From Polyangiaceae bacterium (GTDB lineage Bacteria; Myxococcota_A; Polyangia; Polyangiales; Polyangiaceae), in assembly GCA_044222475.1 (NCBI GenBank), contig JBGANF010000019.1, positions 1-64,000 on the forward strand: a stretch of DNA of 64,000 nucleotides. The letters run 5' to 3'. The position numbers and the translations under genes were made by a program. This document shows positions 29,264 to 38,965 of the stretch, one piece after another. The notes beneath the pieces were generated by a model. That model was not told the DNA's origin and did no database searches. It saw only the letters and a list, made by a program, of their open reading frames with translations. Within the stretch, counting starts at the first letter, position 1; each line of letters opens with the position of its first letter.

Positions 29264-30445
29264 GTGGAGCTGACCCTCGCATCGGTGAAGCTGCCAGCGA
29301 TTCGCCCGGCCGAGAAGGTGTTGCTCGGGTACGTCGCGTACGCCGTTCTGCGGATGGCGATCGCCGGTCGTTTCGCGGTGCATTTCGGGCTGCTCCCCGG
29401 GCCGGACCTCTTCCTCGTGTTCCTCGCGATCGTGACGGCGCGGCTGTTTGCAGAATACACCCGTTTTTCGCTTCCCGGGTCGGCGCGAACGGTCCACCGG
29501 GCCTTGGCGCTGGTGGCGGCCGCCGGCGCGGCGATCGGGCTCGCGGTCGTCGGGCTCGAGAGCTGGCGCGACTACGGCGACGCTCGAGCGGCGTCGACGT
29601 GGCTGCTCTTCCTCCGCGAGCAAGCGAGCCGCATCGGACTTGCGCTCCTGCTCCCTTCGTTCGCGTGGCTCGTCGTGGGGCGCAGGCTCCGCGAGACGCC
29701 CGAGGCAGCGGCCGCGCTGGCTCCCCTTCCCCTCGCGCGCGAGGCCCTCTCCGTCCTCGGAGGAGCGGCGCGCGATTGGCTCGCCGTGGTCCTCACCATC
29801 TACGCGTACTCGTCGACGGAGGCGTCGGGAGCGCTCTTCGGCGACGCCGACGACGCCCTGAAGCACGTCGACCGCGCGCTCTTCTTCGGACACGATCCCA
29901 ACGTTCTCCTCGAGCGCGTGATCTCGCCCGCGCTCAGCGAGTGGATGGCCGGCTGCTACGTCTTCTACCTGTTCCTGTTTCCGATCGCGCTCGGGGTCGT
30001 GTACGCGATCGACCCGCCGCGGTTCCGCTGGCTCGCGTTCTCGGTCGCGCTGACGCTCGCGCTCGGCTACGTGGGCTACTCGCTCGTGCCGGCCCGCGGC
30101 CCCGTCTTCACCACCCACTTCGACGTGAGCCTCGACGTCTACTACCTCCAACCCGTGAAGGAGCAGCTCATGGACCGCATGCGCGTCCCGCGCGACTGCT
30201 TCCCCAGCCTCCACACGGCGGCGTCGCTCGTCCTCCTGCGGGGGACGTACCGCAGCGCACCGAAGCTCGCGCTCGCCCTCGCGCCGATCGTGCTGACGAT
30301 CCCCATCGCGTGCGTGTACCTCCGCTACCACTACGTCGTCGACGTGATCGCCGGGGTCGCCCTGTTCGCGCTCGTGGCGAAGATCGAAGGCGCCCTCGCC
30401 GTCCGACACGGCGACGCTGCGACGTCCGTCAGGCAGACCCGGTGA
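29264..30445 (+). CDS. PAP2-superfamily membrane protein (Aur1/IPC-synthase-like)
   Basis: PARGP, CFPSLH, YLRYHYVVD motifs; many TMs. Confidence 0.75.
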   Translation: MELTLASVKLPAIRPAEKVLLGYVAYAVLRMAIAGRFAVHFGLLPGPDLFLVFLAIVTARLFAEYTRFSLPGSARTVHRALALVAAAGAAIGLAVVGLESWRDYGDARAASTWLLFLREQASRIGLALLLPSFAWLVVGRRLRETPEAAAALAPLPLAREALSVLGGAARDWLAVVLTIYAYSSTEASGALFGDADDALKHVDRALFFGHDPNVLLERVISPALSEWMAGCYVFYLFLFPIALGVVYAIDPPRFRWLAFSVALTLALGYVGYSLVPARGPVFTTHFDVSLDVYYLQPVKEQLMDRMRVPRDCFPSLHTAASLVLLRGTYRSAPKLALALAPIVLTIPIACVYLRYHYVVDVIAGVALFALVAKIEGALAVRHGDAATSVRQTR

Positions 30446-30487
30446 CGCCGGGCGAGGAGGACGGTATATGCATTCCCAGGTTCTGCC

Positions 30488-32011
30488 ATGTCGCTCCGCT
30501 TCTACAACTCGCTCACCCAAAGGCTGGAAGCGTTCGAGCCGCTGACCCCCGGTGAAGCCAAGGTCTACGTCTGTGGCATCACGACGTACGACCTCGCGCA
30601 CGCCGGCCACGCCCGCACCTACACCACGTTCGACGTCCTGGTCCGTCACCTGCGCGCGCGTGGCTACAAAGTCACCCACTGCCGCAACGTGACCGACGTC
30701 GACGACAAGATCGTCAAGCGCGCGGCGGAGCTCGGTGAGGATCCCGTCGCCTTCTCGGCGCGCATGTCCAAGGTCGCCGACGAGGATCTACTTGCCATCG
30801 GCTGCGAGCACCCCGACGAGAACCCGCGCGTCTCGACGACGATGCCGGAGATCATCGCGTTCATCGAGCGGTTGATCGAGCGCGAGCACGCGTATGCCGT
30901 CGACACGCCGAAGGGCAAGGACGTCTACTTCGCGGTGCGCAGCTTCGCCGGCTACGGCAAGCTCTCGCATCGCAACATCGACGATCTGCAGGCCGGCGCC
31001 CGGATCGAGGTCGGCGAGCTCAAGCGCGACCCGCTCGACTTCGCCCTCTGGAAGGGCGACACGGCGGCCTCGTTCGGCTTCGACAGCCCGTGGGGCAAAG
31101 GGCGACCGGGGTGGCACATCGAGTGCTCCGCGATGTCCTTGAAGCTCCTCGGCGAGCACTTCGACATCCACGCCGGCGGGATGGATCTCATCTTTCCTCA
31201 TCACGAGAACGAGATCGCGCAGAGCGAAGCTCTCTTCGGACCGCCGATGGCGAAGGTATGGCTCCACGGCGGCTTCCTCGAGGTCGACAAGGAGAAGATG
31301 TCGAAGTCGCTCGGGAACTTCGTGACGATTCGAGACGTGCTCGAACGCAACGACGCCGAGGCCCTGCGCTACTTCCTCCTCGGCACCCACTACCGCGGCC
31401 CCCTCAGCTTCGACGTCGAGAAGCGCGACGACGGCCGGGTGATCTTCCCCTCGGTCGACGAAGCCGAGCGGCGCGTCGAGTACTTGTATCTTACACGTGA
31501 CGCGCTGACCCGCGTCGCCCGCGATGCGACGAAGCGAGACCCCTCGGTCCTCGCGCCGATCGCCAAGATCATCGACGAGTCGAAGGAGCGCGTGCTCACC
31601 GCGCTCGACAAGGACCTCAACGCGCCCCAGGCGCTCGCCGTCATCGGCGAGCTCGCGAAGGCGGCCAACGACCTCGTCGTCCAAGTCGGCAAGCTGAAGA
31701 AGGACCCCGCCAAGGAGGACGCGGCCCGCGCCCTCGCTGGCGCCGCCATCGTCGCCCTCGACGAGAGCACCCGCGTCCTCGGGTTGCTCCTCACCAGCAC
31801 CGAGGACTTCCTGCGCCGAACGCGCGAGAAGCGCCTCCGCTTGCGCGGGCTCGACGCCAAGGCCATCGACGACAAGGTGGACGCACGCAACGCCGCCCGC
31901 GCCGCGAAGGACTTCGCTCAGGCCGACGCGCTCCGGAAGGAGCTCGCGGCGATCGGCGTCGAGCTGCTCGACGGGACCGACGGCAAGACGTCCTGGCGGG
32001 TCACGGTCTAG
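30488..32011 (+). CDS. cysS: Cysteine--tRNA ligase
   Basis: YVCGIT.YD.AHAGH, DFALWK, GRPGWHIECSAM, FPHHENEIAQ, KMSKS. Confidence 0.97.
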   Translation: MSLRFYNSLTQRLEAFEPLTPGEAKVYVCGITTYDLAHAGHARTYTTFDVLVRHLRARGYKVTHCRNVTDVDDKIVKRAAELGEDPVAFSARMSKVADEDLLAIGCEHPDENPRVSTTMPEIIAFIERLIEREHAYAVDTPKGKDVYFAVRSFAGYGKLSHRNIDDLQAGARIEVGELKRDPLDFALWKGDTAASFGFDSPWGKGRPGWHIECSAMSLKLLGEHFDIHAGGMDLIFPHHENEIAQSEALFGPPMAKVWLHGGFLEVDKEKMSKSLGNFVTIRDVLERNDAEALRYFLLGTHYRGPLSFDVEKRDDGRVIFPSVDEAERRVEYLYLTRDALTRVARDATKRDPSVLAPIAKIIDESKERVLTALDKDLNAPQALAVIGELAKAANDLVVQVGKLKKDPAKEDAARALAGAAIVALDESTRVLGLLLTSTEDFLRRTREKRLRLRGLDAKAIDDKVDARNAARAAKDFAQADALRKELAAIGVELLDGTDGKTSWRVTV

Positions 32012-33186
32012 CTAGCGACGCGCGGCAGCCGCACGGTGAACGTGGAGCCTCGGCCGACGTCGGAGTCGACGCCGACGCTGCCACCGGCGCTCGTCACGAG
32101 ACCGTAGACGGTCGCCAGCCCCATGCCGCTGCCGCGGCCTGGCTCCTTCGTCGTGAAGAACGGCTCGAAGATCCGCGCCTTCACCTCGGGCGTCATCCCA
32201 GCGCCTTGGTCGCGGACGACGACGCGCGCCTCGACGTCGTCGCTTTCGACGGTGATCGTCACGAGAGACTTCGGGGGCGATGCGTCGCGCGCGTTGAAGA
32301 CGAGGTTGAGGACGATCTGCTCGATCTCGGAGCGAGCGATGCGGACTCGAGCGGGCTTCGCGAGCGGTCCGGTGTGGAGCGCGACCTTGATCTCCGCTTC
32401 GAGCGCGTGGAAGAACGGCCCCATCCCCTCGAGGACGGCGGCGAGATCGAGGACCTCGGCGGGCATCGGGACGTGCTCGCCGAAGACGAGCAGCTTGCCC
32501 ACCAGTCGCCTGCCGATCTCGATCGCCGAGATCGCCTCGGGCGTGGTCGCCTTCAGCGCGAGCACGCCGAGGACACCGTTGAAGTCGTGCGCGACCGACG
32601 CCGCGAGCCGCCCCATCGCGCGCAGGCGCTCGCCACGACGGAGCTCGTCCTCCGCCGCGAGCCGCCCCGCCTGCTCGAAGAGCACCCCGATGACGTCGGC
32701 GACCGAGCTCGCGAAGTCGAGGTCGCGCTCGTCGAACGTCCGCGGCGAGCCGATCTGCTCGTGGCAGACGATGCCGTACACCTCGCCCTCGTGGAAGATG
32801 GGCGCGTCGAGCATCGACGTGATGCCCATCGGCGCGAGGTAGCTCTCGGTGAGCTCGGCGGTGCGTGGGTCGTGCCGTGCGTCGGGCGCGGCGACCACCC
32901 GGCGCGACTCGATCGCCGCGAGGTAGCGCGGCGACGTCGCGAGCTGGACGACCTGGCCGCGCGTGAACCCTTCGACCCGGCGATCGAGCTGAGCGATGCA
33001 GTAGAGCGCGGTCGCCGTTCGATCGAGGATCCACACGCCGACGCGATCGATGCCGAGCGCGCGCGCGCTGGTGGCGCAGGCGCGCTCGAGGGACGGCACG
33101 AGCTCCTCGGGTAGAGCGAGCTTCGTTCGCGCGAGCTCGAGGCGGCTCTTCTCGAACGCGCTGACTGGACCCTCGGGCTCCGTCAT
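32008..33186 (-). CDS. GAF-domain sensor histidine kinase
   Basis: GAF (SMLDAPI...VCHEQ); VAHDFN H-box; NLVFNARDA; FEPFFTTK; GSGMGL. Confidence 0.9.
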   Translation of the reverse strand: MTEPEGPVSAFEKSRLELARTKLALPEELVPSLERACATSARALGIDRVGVWILDRTATALYCIAQLDRRVEGFTRGQVVQLATSPRYLAAIESRRVVAAPDARHDPRTAELTESYLAPMGITSMLDAPIFHEGEVYGIVCHEQIGSPRTFDERDLDFASSVADVIGVLFEQAGRLAAEDELRRGERLRAMGRLAASVAHDFNGVLGVLALKATTPEAISAIEIGRRLVGKLLVFGEHVPMPAEVLDLAAVLEGMGPFFHALEAEIKVALHTGPLAKPARVRIARSEIEQIVLNLVFNARDASPPKSLVTITVESDDVEARVVVRDQGAGMTPEVKARIFEPFFTTKEPGRGSGMGLATVYGLVTSAGGSVGVDSDVGRGSTFTVRLPRVAS

Positions 33187-33203
33187 GGTCCCCCCACCCT
33201 ACC

Positions 33204-34622
33204 TCAGTCCGGCGCGCCGAGTTTCCTCTCGAGGACCTCGAGGTGGGCGCGCACTTCGGGATCCGACTGGCGAAGCGACTCCACCTTGCGCACCGCGCTC
33301 ATCACCGTCGTGTGATCGCGGTTGCCGAACGCGCGGCCCAACTCCGGGAAGCTCGACTTGAGGCGCTGCTTGCACAGGTACATCGCGATGTGACGCGCGA
33401 ACGCGATGCTCTTGTGGCGGTCCTTGGAGAGCAGGTCCTGGCTCTTGAGCTTGAAATGGTGGCAGACGACGCGCTGGATGTCGTCGACGCTCGCCTCGGT
33501 CGGGCGAACGCTCGCCGCCGCGAAGATCTCGCTCTTGGCGAACTCGACGGTGATCGGCTTTCCGAGGAGCGATGCCTTGGCGGCGATCCGGATGAGGGTT
33601 CCTTCGAGCTCGCGGACGTTGCTCCGGACGGTCTGCGCGATCGCGAGGACCACTTCGCCGGGGACGTCGAGCTTCTCGAGCTGAGCCTTCTTGCGCACGA
33701 TGGCGACGCGAGTCTCGAGCTCGGGCGCCTGCACGTCGGCGACGAGACCCGAAGCGAAGCGCGACACGAGCCGCTCTTCCATGCGCTCGAGCTGCTGAGG
33801 GTACTTGTCGCTCGTCAGGATGATCTGCTTGTCGGCTTGGTGGAGCGCGTTGAAGGCGTGGAAGAACTCTTCCTGGGTCTGGGTCTTCGACGCGAGGAAC
33901 TGGATGTCGTCGACGAGGAGGACGTCGCACTTCTCGCGGTAGCGCGCCCGGAACTCGGCCATCTTCTGGTCTTGGAGCGCCTGGACGAACTCGTTGATGA
34001 ACTTCTCGGCCGAGACGTAGACGATGCGCGCTTCCGGGCGCTCGTCGCGAATGCGGTGCGCGACGGCGTGGACGAGGTGCGTCTTGCCGAGGCCGGTGCC
34101 GCCGCAGAGGAACAGCGGGTTGTGACGCGGTCCACCGCCACCGGCGGCGGCGATCGACGCGGCGTGGGCGAGCTGGTTCGACGGACCGACGACGAAGTTG
34201 GCGAACGTGTACTTCGGGTTCAAGCCCTCGAGCGGCGGCGCGGCGCGGCGCGCTGCTGGTTCGATCGGGCGTGCGCCCGAGTCGGGCTGCGGACGGATCG
34301 CGAGCGCCTTGGGGCGAACGGGCTCGCTGACCGGCGGGTGATCGGAGACCGGGCGCTCGAGCGCGCCGCCGATCGACCACGCGATCTGAACGCTCCACCC
34401 CGTGCGGCTGCGCAAGAAGTCCGTGAGCGTCGGAACGAAATGTTGATCGACCCACTCGCGGACGAACTCGTCGCGCGCGCGAAGGCTCAACACGCCGTCC
34501 ACGATGCCGTCGTACTGGACGCCGGAGAACCACTGGTCGAAGCTCGCCGGCGAACGCTCGCGCGTGAACGCGACGGCCTCCGTCCAAAGATCTTCTTCGA
34601 CTGCTCGCTCGATCCCGATCAC
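33204..34622 (-). CDS. dnaA: Chromosomal replication initiator DnaA
   Basis: YTFANFVVGPSN, GGTGLGKTHL, LLVDDIQF, QEEFFH.FN, NVRELEG, RDHTTV. Confidence 0.97.
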   Translation of the reverse strand: MIGIERAVEEDLWTEAVAFTRERSPASFDQWFSGVQYDGIVDGVLSLRARDEFVREWVDQHFVPTLTDFLRSRTGWSVQIAWSIGGALERPVSDHPPVSEPVRPKALAIRPQPDSGARPIEPAARRAAPPLEGLNPKYTFANFVVGPSNQLAHAASIAAAGGGGPRHNPLFLCGGTGLGKTHLVHAVAHRIRDERPEARIVYVSAEKFINEFVQALQDQKMAEFRARYREKCDVLLVDDIQFLASKTQTQEEFFHAFNALHQADKQIILTSDKYPQQLERMEERLVSRFASGLVADVQAPELETRVAIVRKKAQLEKLDVPGEVVLAIAQTVRSNVRELEGTLIRIAAKASLLGKPITVEFAKSEIFAAASVRPTEASVDDIQRVVCHHFKLKSQDLLSKDRHKSIAFARHIAMYLCKQRLKSSFPELGRAFGNRDHTTVMSAVRKVESLRQSDPEVRAHLEVLERKLGAPD

Positions 34623-34716
34623 ACGGACCTCATCGCTCTAAAGACACTTCGAACGACCCCGGACCCGCCGGAACCCAAACCCACCCCGAACAGCGGCACT
34701 ACACGATCCGCACAAG

Positions 34717-34737
34717 TTATCCACAGGGTGTGGAAAA
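34717..34737. promoter_or_regulatory. Two inverted DnaA boxes
   Basis: TTATCCACA (34717-34725, +) and TTTTCCACA (34729-34737, -), both match TTWTNCACA, about 95 bp upstream of dnaA. Confidence 0.8.
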
Positions 34738-34919
34738 CCCGGCTGACGAGAAAACACCGCCCGGACCCCTCCAGGTGCGCGTGCCCGTGAACGATCACGC
34801 AAACGCCACCCGGGGGAAACCCCGCCCACGACTCACATCGACCCGAGAAGAGCGACCGGCGCTCGACGCGGTAAATGCTTCGGTATCACCCCCTGTTTGC
34901 GGTCGTCCATGGCGATCCT

Positions 34920-35060
34920 GCAAAGTGGGCTCAAATTGTCGGATTCATTGGGCATTATTGGTTGTAATCCCCCAATGAAGTCTCCCATTTTGGGACAATT
35001 GTGACGGCCAGGTGAACCAAGATTTTGGAATCATTGGCGCTTTCGAATTGGTTGCGCATT
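34920..35060. other. AT-rich tract, candidate DNA-unwinding element of oriC
   Basis: Visibly AT-richer than the rest of the window; close to dnaA and its DnaA boxes. Confidence 0.45.
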
Positions 35061-35222
35061 CCAAGCACCTCGCGACTCGGGAATTGCAGGGGCGCGCGCG
35101 TGTCAAGAGCCGACGATACAGCGTTCTTTCCGCGCCAAACGCGTCCGCCGAAGCGTCGGGCGGGTGGCGGGATCCGCCAAAAACTGGTCCGAACTTCGAC
35201 AGGCAGGTTAGGGCTCCCGAGA

Positions 35223-36233
35223 GTGAAGCAAGCCTCCCACGCCGGCTCCCACCTCCGACGATCCCTATGTGGGACAGGTCTCCGCGCAGCGTCACTCCTC
35301 CTGACGCTCGCGATGGCGAGGGAAGCGAACGCCGACCCGTCGTCGACCTCGGTCCAGCAAGGGTACGAGGGGGGCGACATCCAGTCGCCGCGGACGATGG
35401 CGATGGCGAACGCGCAGACCGCCCTCGGAACGTCGACCTCGGCGCTCGTCGGAAACCCCGCGAACCTGCCTTTTGCCCGCGTCTATCACTTCGAGGCGCT
35501 GGCGTTCTATCAGCCAGAGGCGCGCCGTCAGAGCTACGGCGGCGCGGTCGCCGACTCGGTGACGAACAAGCTCGCCGGTGGGTTCGTCGGGACGTGGAAC
35601 AACATGGATCCGGACGGCATCGATCGGACGTGGACCGACATGCGTCTGTCGGTCGCGTATCCGCTCACCGACTGGCTCGCGCTCGGGCTCACCGGGCGCT
35701 ACCTCCGCGTCACGCAAGCGACGTCGCGCGGTCCGTTCGGTTCGAGCATCGTGTCCGACGGCACGCCGGATCAGGCTCTCGCCAGCATCTTCACGTTCAA
35801 CGCCGGCGTCACGGTCCAGCCGCTGAAAGGCCTGTCGTTCGGCGTCGTCGGCTCGAACCTGACCCACCCGGGAAACGGACTCGCGCCCACCACGCTCGGC
35901 ATCGGCGCGGGCTTCACGAACGAGATGATCTCGGTCGAGGGCGACTGCCACATCGACTTCGACACCTGGGGCAACGCTCGGTCGCGGTGGGGCCTCGCCG
36001 GTGAGCTCTTCATCGTGAACCATCTCCTCATCCGTGCGGGCTATCGCTTCGACACCGGCATGAAGACTCACGCCGTGTCGCTCGGCACCGGCTACGTCGA
36101 TCGCCGGTTCAGCGTCGAGCTCTCGGCGCGGCGGGACGTCGTCGCGGACAACCCGGCGACGTCGTTCGTGCTCGGGCTCCGCTACTTCTACGACACCGGC
36201 GTCGCGCCCGACCAGGCGATGGGCGCGGACTGA
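35223..36233 (+). CDS. Outer-membrane beta-barrel protein (PorV/FadL-like)
   Basis: Signal ending ANA-DP; SPRTMAMANA..A.......GNPANL motif; amphipathic strands; start uncertain. Confidence 0.65.
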   Translation: MKQASHAGSHLRRSLCGTGLRAASLLLTLAMAREANADPSSTSVQQGYEGGDIQSPRTMAMANAQTALGTSTSALVGNPANLPFARVYHFEALAFYQPEARRQSYGGAVADSVTNKLAGGFVGTWNNMDPDGIDRTWTDMRLSVAYPLTDWLALGLTGRYLRVTQATSRGPFGSSIVSDGTPDQALASIFTFNAGVTVQPLKGLSFGVVGSNLTHPGNGLAPTTLGIGAGFTNEMISVEGDCHIDFDTWGNARSRWGLAGELFIVNHLLIRAGYRFDTGMKTHAVSLGTGYVDRRFSVELSARRDVVADNPATSFVLGLRYFYDTGVAPDQAMGAD

Positions 36234-36237
36234 ATGA

Positions 36238-36276
36238 GCCTCCTCTCCACGCGGTCCCTCCGCTGCGCGTCGGGAT
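36238..36276. repeat. Dispersed intergenic REP-like repeat, copy 2
   Basis: gcctcctctccacgcggtccctccgctgcgcgtcgggat between convergent genes. Confidence 0.8.
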
Positions 36277-37032
36277 CTACGACGGCAGCACGTAGCGGAC
36301 GCAGAGGTCGTCGCTCGCGTGGCGCGCCACGAGCGCCGGCTCGGTAGGCGCGGGGTACCGCACGACGCGGGGACCCGGCACCACTTGTACCGAAATGGGA
36401 TACGGATCCGCCTCCGCCCCGCACAGCCTCGCGTCGGACGCCCCTGCGAACGGCCGACCATCGAGCGCGACCAGCTCGACCCTGCCGACCGTCAGCGGCG
36501 TGCCCGCGAACGTGCCCAGCCGCACGAGCACCTCGCGACCTCCGTTGGCGTCGGCCTCGATCGGCCCGAGGAGCGTTCGGATCCGCACCGTGGCCGCCCC
36601 CGCCCGAGCGAACGCGCGCCGGAGGGACGGCTCTCTCAGGTGGAGCACCTCACCGGCCGAGGTCTCTCGCCCGAGGAGCTCGCGCGCGGTGGACGGCCTT
36701 CGAGCCGCGCGCTCGGTGACGACGACCTCGCCGACGTCGCCCGCCGAAGGGCCGGTCGCGTCGGCCGAGAGGAGGTGCACGTCGAACGCGCGCGGCGCAC
36801 CGGGACCACCGAACGCCACGAAGGCGTCGATGTCACCGCTCTGCCACTCGCCCCGTGCGAAGGTGACCTCCTGGGTGACGACGGTGGCATCACGCCCTGC
36901 GTCGATCCGAACGCGAGTCACCACCGGCAGCGCCGGGATCGGCGCAGACGGCCGAGGCGGCGGTCGCGGCGGCACCTTCGGCGGCGCGAGGAGCACGGTC
37001 AGAGCGAGCGCGCCGAGCACCGCGCGGATCAT
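36277..37032 (-). CDS. Exported hypothetical protein
   Basis: Signal peptide plus Pro-rich linker; ATGA-coupled to the upstream gene. Confidence 0.6.
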   Translation of the reverse strand: MIRAVLGALALTVLLAPPKVPPRPPPRPSAPIPALPVVTRVRIDAGRDATVVTQEVTFARGEWQSGDIDAFVAFGGPGAPRAFDVHLLSADATGPSAGDVGEVVVTERAARRPSTARELLGRETSAGEVLHLREPSLRRAFARAGAATVRIRTLLGPIEADANGGREVLVRLGTFAGTPLTVGRVELVALDGRPFAGASDARLCGAEADPYPISVQVVPGPRVVRYPAPTEPALVARHASDDLCVRYVLPS

Positions 37033-38315
37033 CGGAGCTCGACCTCGAACGCGCGCGCGAGCTCGACCGCTGCGTCGCCCGACGGCGCGATCTCGGGTGC
37101 CGGCGCAGCGCTCCGCGATCGGAGCTCGACGATCGCGCGCGGGTTGTCGAACCAGTCGTCGTCGTGACGATCGCGGAGCTCGCGGGCGAGCGGCGCGACG
37201 CCGAACAGCGCGAGGGCGCGGCCGACGTCGCCCGGTGCGAGATCGAAGAAGAGGCTCGACGCGCGATCCGCTTCGCCGAGGACCTCGTGGGCTAGCTCGT
37301 CCTTGGGCGCGCCGGCGAGGACGCAGAGCTTGGCCGCGAGCCGGCGGCCTTCGACGAGAAACGCGGCCGCGAACGCCCGCGACTGCGCCGCCGCGACGCG
37401 CTGCGAGAGCCCGAGCCTCCGGGTCGAGAAGCGACGCGTCGCGAGGAGCGACGCGAACAGCAAGCCGAAGCGCTCAGCGTCGACGAAGCGCGGGGGCACT
37501 CGGAGCGCGAACGGGATCCCGCGCGGCGAGAACGCGTGACGGAGCGCGACCCCGAAGCGAGCGAACGCGATCGCGAAGCTCGCGCCGCCGTGCGCCGACG
37601 GCACGGTGAACGCCGGGAGGCGCACCCCCTGGGTCCAACCACGAAGCGCATCGAGGACGAAGCGAGGACCGAGCCGGTTCGGCCAGCCTTCGGCGGCGCT
37701 CCGCGCGAGGGTGACATCGAGCGCGAGCGGCCACGTCGGTGCCGGGCGTCGCTTGAGCTCGTCGCGCGCGAGATCACGGGTGTGGTCCAGGAACGCGCGC
37801 GCGGTGGCGACGAGCGCCGGCGGGCCGTCCGCGTCGGCGACCTCCAGCCGCGACAGTACCTCGCGCTCGAGGTCGCGCACGCGCCGGCGCGCCTCCAGCA
37901 CCAGCGGCGCGCACTCGTCGATCGCGGCGACGTGGCGGCGAGCCTCCTCGGCGCTGGTGGACGCGACGAGGCCGCGAACCGCATCGTGCAACGAGACCTT
38001 CGTGGCGCGCTCGAGGGTCAGCGTTCCGCGCGGCTCGTGCTCGGCGCGCGAGAGGTCGACCTCGGCATCGCGCGCGACCCGCGCGACGGTGAGCGCTTCG
38101 ACCCATGCGACGAGGGCGTCCCGAAGCGGCCCCTCCACCGGTGACGGCGGGAGCGCGGCGAGCGCGTCGCGGAGGCGCTTTCCCTGGACCTCGCGCCTGG
38201 ACTCCAGCGGCGCTTCGTCCCAAGCCGCGGCCTCTCCGGCGTGGATCCGCGCGCGCCATCGCGCGAGCGCGGTCACGGCGGCTTCGATCTCGCGGTCGAG
38301 GCGGAGGAGGTCCAC
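37029..38315 (-). CDS. Hypothetical helical protein (possibly a degenerate M3-peptidase-like fold)
   Basis: GTG start 5 nt after the miaE stop; C-terminal LRDRHDDDWFDNPRA; no HExxH. Confidence 0.55.
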   Translation of the reverse strand: MDLLRLDREIEAAVTALARWRARIHAGEAAAWDEAPLESRREVQGKRLRDALAALPPSPVEGPLRDALVAWVEALTVARVARDAEVDLSRAEHEPRGTLTLERATKVSLHDAVRGLVASTSAEEARRHVAAIDECAPLVLEARRRVRDLEREVLSRLEVADADGPPALVATARAFLDHTRDLARDELKRRPAPTWPLALDVTLARSAAEGWPNRLGPRFVLDALRGWTQGVRLPAFTVPSAHGGASFAIAFARFGVALRHAFSPRGIPFALRVPPRFVDAERFGLLFASLLATRRFSTRRLGLSQRVAAAQSRAFAAAFLVEGRRLAAKLCVLAGAPKDELAHEVLGEADRASSLFFDLAPGDVGRALALFGVAPLARELRDRHDDDWFDNPRAIVELRSRSAAPAPEIAPSGDAAVELARAFEVELR

Positions 38316-38320
38316 CGCGC

Positions 38321-38947
38321 CTACCCGTGGATCTCCGGCCGCAGCTCGATCGCGGCGAGGCGCTGGACGAGCAACCCCTCGGCCTCGGCGAGGCGGTCGA
38401 GACGGATGCGCACGAGCTCCTCGTCGCCGTCGGCCGCGAGGGTCGCCATCTCCTGGAACTCCCGGTAGTGCCGCGCTTCGGCCGCGAACAGCTCCGTGTA
38501 GAATGCATGCAACTCGGAGTCGGGTGGGAGGACGTCGAGGAGGAGCTTGAACCGCTCGCACGAGCGAGCCTCGATGAGCGCTCCGACGAGGAGGCGATCG
38601 ACGAGCGGATGGACGCGCCGCTCGCCGGCGGCCGTCGTCTCGATGCGCGGGGCGGCGGTGGCGAGCTTCCGCAGCTCGGCGGCGTAGCGGTCCGGAGCCG
38701 GGACGCCGAGCTCGAGGCCGCGCGCTTCGAGGATCGCGAGGACGCGATCGAAGTGAACGAGCTCTTCCTGCGCGACGGCCACGAGGCGACGCACGAGCGC
38801 TGCGCGATCCGGGTGGCGCCCGGCGAGCGCGAGCGCGTTGGAGGCGGCCTTCATCTCGCAGTGGGCGTGATCGACGAGGACCGCGTCGAGATCGAGCTTG
38901 GCCCGTTCGATCCACGCGGGGTCGGTCGCCACCTTCAGCCCGAGCAT
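38321..38947 (-). CDS. miaE: tRNA-(ms2io6A) hydroxylase MiaE
   Basis: DHAHCEMKAA, EELVHF, IEARSCERF, EARHY, C-terminal IHG. Confidence 0.9.
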   Translation of the reverse strand: MLGLKVATDPAWIERAKLDLDAVLVDHAHCEMKAASNALALAGRHPDRAALVRRLVAVAQEELVHFDRVLAILEARGLELGVPAPDRYAAELRKLATAAPRIETTAAGERRVHPLVDRLLVGALIEARSCERFKLLLDVLPPDSELHAFYTELFAAEARHYREFQEMATLAADGDEELVRIRLDRLAEAEGLLVQRLAAIELRPEIHG

Positions 38948-38965
38948 CGCCCGGCGTTTAGCACA

